A stretch of 62,373 nucleotides of DNA, from the NCBI GenBank assembly GCA_964621595.1, contig CAZUPO010000003.1, forward strand, positions 7,150-69,522, read 5' to 3'. The position numbers and the translations under genes were made by a program. Source of the stretch: an uncultured Candidatus Saccharibacteria bacterium (GTDB lineage Bacteria > Patescibacteriota > Minisyncoccia > Phycocordibacterales > UBA5272). The notes beneath the pieces were generated by a model. It was not told where the DNA came from. It worked only from the letters and a program-made list of their open reading frames with translations, and searched no databases. Within the stretch, counting starts at the first letter, position 1; each line of letters begins with the position of its first letter. This document shows positions 26,107-34,068 of this stretch, piece by piece.

Positions 26107-28124
26107 AATGCTTTGTCGTTTGGTTTGCGACCAAGGAAGTTTGTAATAAGCGCCATCTCGTCAACGCTCCCCCCTTTTTCAAGAACTTCTTTTCTCCAAC
26201 GTAGTCCGACTGTCGTGTTAGTCATTACATTTTTATTTCCTTTCAATTCAAATTGTTTATAGGCATCACAAGCGTACACAAGTGCCCACAAGTACGAGTA
26301 ATACCCAGCGTCATATCCAACCAAGTGACCAAATCCTGCAGGGAATAATGTTTCCTTTTCTGGAAGTGTGATGTTGAAGTGTAGTTTGTTCATCGCAATC
26401 CATGCTTTTCTTCCATCCTTGACGCGCCCAGTGTGTAAGTCCATATCCATCTTTCCTTGGAGGAGTTGTCTTGTGTAGAAAAGTCCATTCTGAAACTTTT
26501 TCCCTTGAATAATTCTTTCAATCATTGTCGGTGGCATCCGCTTCCCCTTCATGTAGTGATGTGATAATTTTGTAAGCACCATCTTGTTCCAGACCCAGTT
26601 CTCCATAATCTGTGAAGGTGTCTCAACAAAGTCCCATGCAACGTTCGCTCCTGCCTGTGACTGAATGCGTGCTCGCGTGATAGTCATGTGAAGCAAGTGT
26701 CCGAATTCATGGAACAATGTTTCCACCTCACCGATTGAGAGTAGTGATGGTGTCTTCTTGTGTGGTGCTGGAAAGTTACACACCATAACAGAATATGGCG
26801 CAACATATTCTTCACTCTTGTATTCTTTTTCATATGGCACCACAACATCGAACATTCCCGCATGGGAGAACTTCCCCTCTCGAGGAAATAGATCCATAGA
26901 AAAATATCCCAAGAGTGAATTTGAGGGTGAATTCTTCCCTTTTTTATCATGTATTTCAAATGTTTCCACATCTTTATGCCAAAGGGATACGTTTCTCTTC
27001 TTGATACTTAGTGAAAATAAATTTGAAAACATAGTAAACATAACATCTCGAACATGGTTAAGAGGAAAATATGTACGCACGGTCTCTGGGTCAAGGTCGT
27101 ACAACTTCTTTTTAAGTTCTGTACCTACGTATCCAAGATCATAGTGTTCAAGTTCTGTGATACCAAGGGTCTTTGCATGTGCACGGAGATCTTTCATATC
27201 TTTTTCTTTGTACGGAGCGAGACGCTTCAGAAGTTTGTCTTGAAATTCATCAACTGTTGTTGCATTCTTTGCCATGCGTCGCTCGGTAACAAAGTCAGCA
27301 TGGTGGTTATAAGAAAGAATAGATGCAATCTTGTGACGGATGACGACGAGGTCGTGAATGATTTTCAAATTTTTCGCCCCTCCTTTCTTCAAATTCTTCT
27401 CCGCTAACTCTTTTCGCTTTGCTCTATTCTTTGCCTCACCTAAAAATGGACCGATGTGTGGGTATGCGAGGGTAACGATATAGCGACCATCAGTGTGTCG
27501 TGGAAGTGAAGAGATAAATCTCTGCGAAAGACCAGCAAGTTCTTCTTCCGTACAGAGAATATAGTCCTGGTACTCGGTAATATACTGACGAAACTTGGTT
27601 GAAAGGTCTGTTGCTTGCTTTAATAACTTTTTTAATTCATTCTGCTTTTTTTCTGATAGATCAAATCCCATACGACGAAAATCACGCATCGTATCCTCAA
27701 GAAGCAAGATATCTTCTGCCCGGAGATTTTTCTTTTCTTGTAGATAGTTGCCTTCGTAGTACTCTTTCATCGCGCGATAGAGGTCTTTGTCGTACACTAC
27801 ATCCACTACTTTTTGTGACACATCTGTTGCTACGGCGTGCGCGGTATCGCGGATCTTTTTGTTAGTGGACACTTCGGAGAGTAGCGCCATCTTGCTGAAA
27901 AAACTTTCGAACTTGTCATCACAACGTTCAAGAGCGTAGAGGGTGTTGAGATATGTCCTCTTTTCTTTCTTGATCTTTTTTATATCGCCAAATACCTTCT
28001 TTTTGTGAGAGATGTACTCCCTTGCGACACGCTTCATATCGCCCTCGGTCATGTGTATCCATGCAAAATCTTTATTGGAAAGTGGGATAGTGATTTGTCG
28101 TTTTACACTCTGTTTTGTATTCAT
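26085..28124 (-). CDS. M3-family zinc oligopeptidase (thimet/oligopeptidase A-like)
   Basis: 'HEFGHLLH' zincin motif in an M3-like context. 679 aa. Confidence 0.88.
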   Translation of the reverse strand: MNTKQSVKRQITIPLSNKDFAWIHMTEGDMKRVAREYISHKKKVFGDIKKIKKEKRTYLNTLYALERCDDKFESFFSKMALLSEVSTNKKIRDTAHAVATDVSQKVVDVVYDKDLYRAMKEYYEGNYLQEKKNLRAEDILLLEDTMRDFRRMGFDLSEKKQNELKKLLKQATDLSTKFRQYITEYQDYILCTEEELAGLSQRFISSLPRHTDGRYIVTLAYPHIGPFLGEAKNRAKRKELAEKNLKKGGAKNLKIIHDLVVIRHKIASILSYNHHADFVTERRMAKNATTVDEFQDKLLKRLAPYKEKDMKDLRAHAKTLGITELEHYDLGYVGTELKKKLYDLDPETVRTYFPLNHVRDVMFTMFSNLFSLSIKKRNVSLWHKDVETFEIHDKKGKNSPSNSLLGYFSMDLFPREGKFSHAGMFDVVVPYEKEYKSEEYVAPYSVMVCNFPAPHKKTPSLLSIGEVETLFHEFGHLLHMTITRARIQSQAGANVAWDFVETPSQIMENWVWNKMVLTKLSHHYMKGKRMPPTMIERIIQGKKFQNGLFYTRQLLQGKMDMDLHTGRVKDGRKAWIAMNKLHFNITLPEKETLFPAGFGHLVGYDAGYYSYLWALVYACDAYKQFELKGNKNVMTNTTVGLRWRKEVLEKGGSVDEMALITNFLGRKPNDKAFLEEVVG

Positions 28125-28186
28125 GGTTGTTCCATTCTAGCATATATAATTAAGCAAACTGAGAGCAACTATTTTTATACAATTAG

Positions 28187-28207
28187 AAAACCGAGCGCGG
28201 GGCTCGG
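28187..28207 (-). terminator. Terminator of GC-island B
   Basis: Minus strand CCGAGC-cccgc-GCTCGG followed by TTTTCTAATT. Confidence 0.6.
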
Positions 28208-28340
28208 GATTCCTGGTTCATCCTTCTAGGGGATTGGCAATGTGGTGCTGGCGGGGGATTCTTGTTTCTTTTTCTTTTTTATTTTCTTTTTTTTCTTGTT
28301 TTCCCCCGCCTCTTTACCGACTTCTTGCCTTGGCTGGATC

Positions 28341-28457
28341 TTACTGCGCCAGCCGCGCCACGTAGGCGATCTTCTTCTCGGCAGCCTTGACGTCCGTGCT
28401 CGCAGCGCCGATCTTCAGCTTCTTGGCGGTTTCCGTGGCGTGTTTCTTCGCAGCCAT
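28341..28457 (-). CDS. Candidate 38-aa basic protein in GC-island B (MAAKKHATETAKKLKIGAASTDVKAAEKKIAYVARLAQ)
   Basis: GAGGAG SD 6 nt upstream of ATG 28457. 33 of 38 codons end in G/C by hand count (ORF ~61% GC) in an AT-rich genome. TAA at 28341-28343. Confidence 0.5.
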   Translation of the reverse strand: MAAKKHATETAKKLKIGAASTDVKAAEKKIAYVARLAQ

Positions 28458-28548
28458 TGCGATCTCCTCACAGGTTGTTGACCAGGATACGGGTTGATAC
28501 CGCGACCACCGATGTGACAGGTGGCCGTGGAAACATCCCGCAAATATG

Positions 28549-28576
28549 AGTGTACTCCCTTGTCCACTTTTTGCAA
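28549..28576 (-). promoter_or_regulatory. Possible promoter of GC-island B
   Basis: Minus strand TTGCAA - 16 nt - TACACT, inside/next to the palindrome CCACTTgcaaaAAGTGG that directly follows the tag stop codon. Confidence 0.3.
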
Positions 28577-28580
28577 GTGG

Positions 28581-29120
28581 CTATCTTTTTCTGTACTTCT
28601 TACACTTTAGATCATGACTTCCGGGAAGCATGTTGATGCTCATTAGAAATTCACCCACTATCTCCCCTCCGACAAATTTAAAATGTTGTTTAAACATGTG
28701 CACCCATGCTTTCTTATCTTCTTGTGCTTCTTGTTTACATAGCAGTAACCACTTTTTAAAACTACCACATTCTTTTGTGATCTTTGCTATTGCTTGTGCG
28801 TTATATATCGCCGCGTGTATCTTGAGGCGATTACGGATAATGCTTGCATCATTCATGAGTCGCACAATATCTTTCTCTTTATACTTGGCAACTTTTGCAA
28901 TAGAAAAATTATCATACGCTTTTCTAAACCCCTTCTCCTTGAGTAAAATAGTTCGCCATGAAAGCCCTGCCTGGTTAATCTCCATCACAAGTCGTCCAAA
29001 AAGTTCGTCATCATCATCAATCGGTACACCATAATGATGATCATGATATATCCGATCAACATCATGCGGATCAGTAATGGTCGCAACATACTTACAGTAT
29101 GGATGGAAAAGTTTTTTCAT
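28581..29120 (-). CDS. tag: DNA-3-methyladenine glycosylase I
   Basis: 'YHDHHYGVP..DD.ELFG.LV.EINQAGLSW.TIL.K...FR.AY..F' is typical of Tag. 179 aa. Confidence 0.9.
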   Translation of the reverse strand: MKKLFHPYCKYVATITDPHDVDRIYHDHHYGVPIDDDDELFGRLVMEINQAGLSWRTILLKEKGFRKAYDNFSIAKVAKYKEKDIVRLMNDASIIRNRLKIHAAIYNAQAIAKITKECGSFKKWLLLCKQEAQEDKKAWVHMFKQHFKFVGGEIVGEFLMSINMLPGSHDLKCKKYRKR

Positions 29121-29130
29121 ATTCTATGCG

Positions 29131-30387
29131 TTATATCTTTGGGATTACTAAATACTCTTCTTTATCATTCCCTAATCCTTCATACATTCCACCAAGATAA
29201 AAGAGTCCAACGATTGCTGAGGTAATAGCATCGAGTTCATCATGCGAAACATTTTCCTTGTACCACTTCCCTTCTTTCATACCGAACTCTTTGAGACCAT
29301 TTTTAAGATAAGGGAGTCCTGCATGTTTGCGTGGTATCTGCATGATGTCTTGTGCTGCCCCTGGGTAACTTTCTATAACTCGTATACCAGCCCTGCGTAA
29401 ACGTTTAGCAAGTTGCATCCCTCGAAACGTGAGACGTTGCATACTTGGGATAAGGCATGGGTATACGTTTACCCCGCGACGCTTTAACTCTCGCTCCGCT
29501 TCGCGCATGATGCCATAGGTTTGTCTTCCTGGATCATCGTCAAAACATGTTGTCCGTCCCTTTGGTATACCAAGTGGAGAGTCGAGTGAAACAAGAAGTG
29601 GTTTGTACTTCTTACAGAGTTGTATGATCTCATCATCGGTGTTTACTTGCATCGTTTCCAGTGTGTTATCTTTATGAAGCACAGCAAACCCACTTGGTCG
29701 CACTTCGCTTCCTGTTAGATCAATACCGATAATGGCACCGTGCTTCCCTTTTACTTTTTTCCATAAATCCTTTGCATATACTTTCGGTTTAGGAACTTCA
29801 CTTTGTTTCGTTATCTTAGGCTTTACGAAACGTTGTTTGGGAAAGCGTGCTGGACGAACTTTAAACGTCTCTTGAATTTTTTCATGCTTAAGCAATACTT
29901 CAAGCATGTGCTTCATCCCTTGAATATCGGCATGATTATACGCAAGTAGTTGCTCAAGTGACTCTATGCTCCCTCGACGATACTCATGCCAAAGTACCAC
30001 TGCTTCATACCCCGTAAGACCACGAACTTCTTCTTCACGTTTTAACCCGAGAGAAACTTCTATCGCCTTTTGTCCGCCAGTGTACCCAATGCGTCGCATG
30101 AGAAAACGAAGATCAATGTGATGCGGAGGAAATACCAAGTCCTTGAAATGATGTTGTAAAAATTTTACATCAAAGAGTGTACCGTTGAAGGTAACAAGTG
30201 TATTCGCGCCACGCAACATCTTGTGAACCTTTTCCATGCTATCCCCTTCTTTATGTGCGTGATACACACCATTTCTTTCAATACCAATGACCGTCACATA
30301 GTCATACACCCGCGATAATCCTGTTGTTTCAATATCCAAAAATACAATATCTTCTTTCCTACGAAGCGCTTGAGCGAGGTCGACCAT
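29131..30387 (-). CDS. Fusion of a YprB/PolB-exonuclease-like RNase H-fold domain with a second RNase H-fold (DUF429/COG2410-like) nuclease domain
   Basis: N-terminal 'IVFLDIETTGLS....VTFNG..FD..FL....YNH.DI'. C-terminal 'AIIGIDLTGSE.RPSGFAVL....LVSLDSPLG'. 418 aa. Confidence 0.65.
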   Translation of the reverse strand: MVDLAQALRRKEDIVFLDIETTGLSRVYDYVTVIGIERNGVYHAHKEGDSMEKVHKMLRGANTLVTFNGTLFDVKFLQHHFKDLVFPPHHIDLRFLMRRIGYTGGQKAIEVSLGLKREEEVRGLTGYEAVVLWHEYRRGSIESLEQLLAYNHADIQGMKHMLEVLLKHEKIQETFKVRPARFPKQRFVKPKITKQSEVPKPKVYAKDLWKKVKGKHGAIIGIDLTGSEVRPSGFAVLHKDNTLETMQVNTDDEIIQLCKKYKPLLVSLDSPLGIPKGRTTCFDDDPGRQTYGIMREAERELKRRGVNVYPCLIPSMQRLTFRGMQLAKRLRRAGIRVIESYPGAAQDIMQIPRKHAGLPYLKNGLKEFGMKEGKWYKENVSHDELDAITSAIVGLFYLGGMYEGLGNDKEEYLVIPKI

Positions 30388-30434
30388 ACATCCTGCAGTA
30401 TACCACCCACCACTACCGCAACTCCTTGCATATT

Positions 30435-30923
30435 TTATACCCCAAGTATCCGGTACGTTGCTATACCAAATGCTATTGTCACGTTAAGTGACTCTTTTGT
30501 CCCAAGCATAGGAATCTCTGCAATAACATCACTTTGCTCCAAAATATCCTTCCCGATGCCATCCACTTCATTCCCAACGACAAAAGCAATGTTATCTTTT
30601 TCTTGAATATCTACATCGTTATAGTTCGTTGAGTTACTTGCTTGCTCGAGTGAAATAATGTAATATCCCTCATTCTTTAATTCTCCTATCGTGCTCCTTA
30701 TTTCTTCTCTATATTCCCAAGAAAGAGTGTCTTCAGCACCGAGTGCTACTTTAGCAAAGTCTTTTCGTTTGTTCCCCTTTTTATCAAGCGGGGTTGGGGT
30801 TGTGCCACAAAGTACTATCTTTTCTATACCCACCGCATTACAGGTACGAAAAATAGACCCGACATTATACACCGATCGAAGATTATCTAGTACTGCTAGT
30901 TTCATGGGCAAAAGTATGGGCAC
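30435..30923 (-). CDS. SpoU/TrmH-family RNA 2'-O-methyltransferase
   Basis: 'LDNLRSVYNVGSIFRTCNAVGI..IVL' and the C-terminal 'ESLNV..A.GIA.Y' SPOUT knot motifs. Confidence 0.85.
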   Translation of the reverse strand: MPILLPMKLAVLDNLRSVYNVGSIFRTCNAVGIEKIVLCGTTPTPLDKKGNKRKDFAKVALGAEDTLSWEYREEIRSTIGELKNEGYYIISLEQASNSTNYNDVDIQEKDNIAFVVGNEVDGIGKDILEQSDVIAEIPMLGTKESLNVTIAFGIATYRILGV

Positions 30924-30943
30924 CTATCGTACGTTAGAAACAA

Positions 30944-31459
30944 CTATTTTTTCTGCATACTCAACCCCCCTGAAAAATCAACCTTCCCGATAGCGACACC
31001 GTTACTACGCAAAATATCGTATGCAGTAACTACGTGAAAAGTATTATTAGGTAACACAAACTCGTGAATGAAATCTTTTCCAAGCACATATGAATCACCC
31101 ATCCAATACAATGATATGTGTCGATCTTCTGCACCGTCTAAATCTTCAACGCGTAGCGTCTTAATGAGATCTTTTGTCTTTTTGATTCTTTCTTGTAGCG
31201 CTACAAGAGTTGTTTCATTATCTTCGAACTTACTATGTTCTTTACCTGCGAGGAGAAACAAATTGCGACGAGCATCGTCCGTTGCTACTTGAATCTGCTT
31301 TCTAAAATCAAACATATCTTCCCACAACTTCCAACCGAGAATATCGCCTTCTGGAATATTCTTTTCTTTACTATGGACTTCTGCCTTAGCAACAATGCGT
31401 GACAACGCATCCATATTTCTTATAATACCGTCAATGATAAATGAGTGTACTTCTTGCAT
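30944..31459 (-). CDS. DUF1993 family protein
   Basis: 'FHVVTAYDILRSNGVAIGKVDF' and overall similarity to DUF1993. Start at ATG 31459 (MQEVHSF). Confidence 0.8.
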   Translation of the reverse strand: MQEVHSFIIDGIIRNMDALSRIVAKAEVHSKEKNIPEGDILGWKLWEDMFDFRKQIQVATDDARRNLFLLAGKEHSKFEDNETTLVALQERIKKTKDLIKTLRVEDLDGAEDRHISLYWMGDSYVLGKDFIHEFVLPNNTFHVVTAYDILRSNGVAIGKVDFSGGLSMQKK

Positions 31460-31487
31460 AGAAATACAGTATACACAAAAATAAAAT

Positions 31488-31799
31488 TTAGAGAACCACT
31501 CTGTCGCCATCTGTAAATCTAACCCCTTCCTTTTTTAAAATATTCATCTTACTCTTTCCACGAAGACCGTTGTAGGCGCCAATACTTCCATCCGCCTTCA
31601 CAACTCTGTGACAAGGAATATGTTTATCTTTGTTATTCGCCATAATGGTACCAACTGCACGAGACGCTTTTGTATTCCCCGCTCTTTTGGCAACTTCTTT
31701 GTAAGTCATCACAGTCCCTGGCTTGATTGAGGAAACAATGGCACGAACACGAACAGTAAAAGAGTTATATTGTTTTTTCATGTGATAGATAGTTACCAA
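31488..31799 (-). CDS. ogt: Methylated-DNA--protein-cysteine methyltransferase (C-terminal MGMT domain only)
   Basis: 'IPCHRVV' active site and 'TYKEVA...G...ASRAVG'. 103 aa. Confidence 0.85.
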   Translation of the reverse strand: MVTIYHMKKQYNSFTVRVRAIVSSIKPGTVMTYKEVAKRAGNTKASRAVGTIMANNKDKHIPCHRVVKADGSIGAYNGLRGKSKMNILKKEGVRFTDGDRVVL

Positions 31800-32677
31800 C
31801 TCCCGCTTGCCCCTCCGCCACCAGAAGACCCTCCACCAAATCCACCAAACGAAGATCCTCCGCTTCTACCTCCACCGCCGACCCACCATGGAACCGATCC
31901 GCCTCGAGAGATTGCTCGTGTATACGCATTTGATACAACATAATCAAATACAAGACCAAGCAAAGTTAATACTACGGTCACAATAATTCCAATAAATGTA
32001 GTAATTCCAAGTACACCAACGTACGTGATGATCGCACCAGCGACAGCGCCGAGAACTCCCCCTGCCCACCAACTTTTACTCCGCCCCAGAATCGCAGCAA
32101 GGAATTGAACGGCAACTATTATAAGAATAAATGCATGTTCTATAGAAGCACCACTTACACCGCCACCCTCCTTGGAACTGACATACTCCCCTTTTGTCGC
32201 TTGCATCACATCGGTAAGCCCAGCCTGAATTCCACCGTAATAATCATTTTGTTTAAATAGAGGCGTGATGTCATTGCGTATGATATCTGACGCAAGGGCA
32301 TCTGGCAGTGCACCTTCTAGGCCGTACCCGACTTCCAAACGAACCTTGTGTTCATCAAGCGCAATAAGAAGGAGAACGCCGTTATCTTGCTTTTCTTTTC
32401 CAATCTTCCAATCTTCAAAAAGTTTTACCGCGTAGTGTTCAATATAATCACCTTGAAGAGAGGGCACAGTAACCACCGCGATTTCATTCGTAGTGCTTGC
32501 ATTAAACTCTCTAAGTTGCTGCTCGAGAGAATTGACTTGATCTTGCGTCAGCACATGAGCGAAATCGTTAACGAACCCGCTTGGCTTCCCAGGAGACACG
32601 TATGCAAATAGAAGCGAAAAACTGCTCAACAGTATAAGTGAGAGGATTGCTCTTACTTTCATAGTACCACTCCTCAT
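31793..32677 (-). CDS. TPM (YgcG-like) domain membrane protein with Gly-rich tail
   Basis: 'FVNDFAHVL...Q...LE..L.EF...T..EIAVVTV.SL......YA..LF..W.IG....NGVLLL.A...H.VR.EVGYGLEG.LPD'. Confidence 0.85.
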   Translation of the reverse strand: MRSGTMKVRAILSLILLSSFSLLFAYVSPGKPSGFVNDFAHVLTQDQVNSLEQQLREFNASTTNEIAVVTVPSLQGDYIEHYAVKLFEDWKIGKEKQDNGVLLLIALDEHKVRLEVGYGLEGALPDALASDIIRNDITPLFKQNDYYGGIQAGLTDVMQATKGEYVSSKEGGGVSGASIEHAFILIIVAVQFLAAILGRSKSWWAGGVLGAVAGAIITYVGVLGITTFIGIIVTVVLTLLGLVFDYVVSNAYTRAISRGGSVPWWVGGGGRSGGSSFGGFGGGSSGGGGASGSW

Positions 32678-32689
32678 GCGAAGAGATTA

Positions 32690-33262
32690 CTAGAAATTTA
32701 CCTTTGGTGCCTTTGCTGCACCTTCTTCGGACTCAAATGCTTTCTTTGCTTCAAAACCAAAAAGTTTTGCTACAAAAATACCTGGGAATGTTTTCACTTT
32801 CACATTCCATGCATTAACAAGTTCGTTGTAACGCATGCGTTCGACGGAAACACGATTCTCTGTCCCCTCTAGTTGCGCCATAAGTGATTGAACATTTTCA
32901 CTTGATTTAAGTTGAGGGTAATTTTCAGTGATCACAAGAAGGCGAGAAAGTGCCGATTCCATCTGTCCAGCAGCTAGAGCCTTCTCGTCTGTTGTGCGCG
33001 CACCAGCATACCCCTGACGAGCATTAGCGATGGCAGTAAAAACAGTGGTCTCTTGCTTCATAATACCCTGAACTGAAGCAACAAGATTCGGAATGAGATC
33101 GAAACGACGTTGATACTGTGTTTCCACCTGCGCCCACTGAGTATTTACAGACTCATTAAGAGAAACGAGTGAATTGTACGAACCAACCACCCATAATAGA
33201 AGAGCAAGAACAATCCCACCACCAATAATGAGACCCTTATGTTGTGTAAAAAATGTTTGCAT
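32690..33262 (-). CDS. lemA: LemA family protein
   Basis: 'YNSLV...E.V...WAQVETQYQRRFDLIPNLV' after one TM segment. Start at ATG 33262. The longer ORF to 33481 runs through noncoding element L2. Confidence 0.9.
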   Translation of the reverse strand: MQTFFTQHKGLIIGGGIVLALLLWVVGSYNSLVSLNESVNTQWAQVETQYQRRFDLIPNLVASVQGIMKQETTVFTAIANARQGYAGARTTDEKALAAGQMESALSRLLVITENYPQLKSSENVQSLMAQLEGTENRVSVERMRYNELVNAWNVKVKTFPGIFVAKLFGFEAKKAFESEEGAAKAPKVNF

Positions 33263-33323
33263 ATATAAAGTGTAACATAGAATAATAGTTGCAAATATAT
33301 AATTTTTACTTGCACGAAAAGAG

Positions 33324-33457
33324 GTTCGGTCACAAATCTGCCTCTTAGACAACTGGCGAATTGAAGCATTCTCGAACACCTCACGGTGCGATTTACTAAT
33401 CACCCGTATTCGAATCCCTCCGTAAAGCCAAGCAGTTGGCTTTACTTCTCTCCGCCA
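33324..33457. repeat. tRNA-linked noncoding element L2 (homologous to L1)
   Basis: Exact 21-mer GTTCGGTCACAAATCTGCCTC (33324-33344). Shared blocks GAAGCAtTCtCGA and CCCgTATTCG. Inverted copy of the tRNA-Ser 3' end, TTCGAATCCCTC (33409-20) ... TCTCTCCGCC (33447-56), split by a perfect 10-bp hairpin (33422-45). Confidence 0.7.
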
Positions 33458-33460
33458 AAT

Positions 33461-33489
33461 AAAAAATGCATGCGTCTGCATGCTTTTTT
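33461..33489. terminator. Bidirectional terminator 3' of tRNA-Ser
   Basis: AAAAAATGCATGC-gtct-GCATGCTTTTTT. Confidence 0.8.
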
Positions 33490-33496
33490 ATACCGG

Positions 33497-33583
33497 CGGA
33501 GAGAGAGGGATTCGAACCCTCGAACCGGTTACCCAGTTGCCACCTTTCCAAGGTGGTCGATTAAACCACTCTCGCATCTCTCC
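33497..33583 (-). tRNA. tRNA-Ser (GGA), class II with long variable arm
   Basis: Acceptor GGAGAGA/TCTCTCC, anticodon arm CCACC-TTGGAAA-GGTGG, variable arm AACTGG-gtaa-CCGGTT, T arm GAGGG-TTCGAAT-CCCTC. 87 nt. Confidence 0.9.
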
Positions 33584-33604
33584 AAATATTAAACCAAACT
33601 CTAC

Positions 33605-34042
33605 TTACGAAGAGGAAGGCTTCTCCTCCCCCTCCACCAATTCTTCAAGAGTTAAATCTTCTTCTTTTTTCTCCTCTTGTGCTTGCACCCCTTCTTCTAC
33701 TTCAGTCTTTTTTTCTTCCTGTGCTTGTGGCGCTTGCTCTTCCTTCTTCTCTTCACTCTTCTTTGTATGTTTTCGCTTCTTTGGAGCCTTTTCATGCTGC
33801 TCTTCTGTTTCTGAAGTATGAAGATGATGAATTGGGGCCCGAGCATACTCATGTTTCTTTTCAGTGAAATAGTATGCCGCCGGTCCGATAACAGGAACGC
33901 CGATAACAACTGTTAGCCACCAGAAACGATCCTGCTTAGCGGCATCCACTGCCATCCAGACAGTAAAGGCAATAAGCAAGACGTAACAAAAAGCAACCAC
34001 AATACTCATAATTCCCCCAAGTACAAGCGCAACGAATGTCAT
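33605..34042 (-). CDS. PLDc_N-type small membrane protein with Lys/Glu-rich tail
   Basis: 'WMAVDAAKQDRFWWLTVVIGVPVIGPAAYYF' resembles the phospholipase_D-nuclease N-terminal membrane domain. The C-terminal half is low-complexity K/E-rich. Confidence 0.65.
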   Translation of the reverse strand: MTFVALVLGGIMSIVVAFCYVLLIAFTVWMAVDAAKQDRFWWLTVVIGVPVIGPAAYYFTEKKHEYARAPIHHLHTSETEEQHEKAPKKRKHTKKSEEKKEEQAPQAQEEKKTEVEEGVQAQEEKKEEDLTLEELVEGEEKPSSS

Positions 34043-34068
34043 ACTGAGATACTAGTATACACTAAAAT

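Noticed and set aside
28242-28481. 79-aa plus-strand ORF in GC-island B
   Set aside because: It translates the polypyrimidine tract as FFFFIFFFFLF and is antisense to the SD-preceded, GC3-biased 38-aa ORF.
33263-33821. N-terminal extension of LemA to 33481, and plus-strand ORFs 33386-33592 and 33480-33821
   Set aside because: They cross element L2, a terminator and tRNA-Ser. LemA has a normal start (MQTFFTQHKG plus a TM segment) at 33262.
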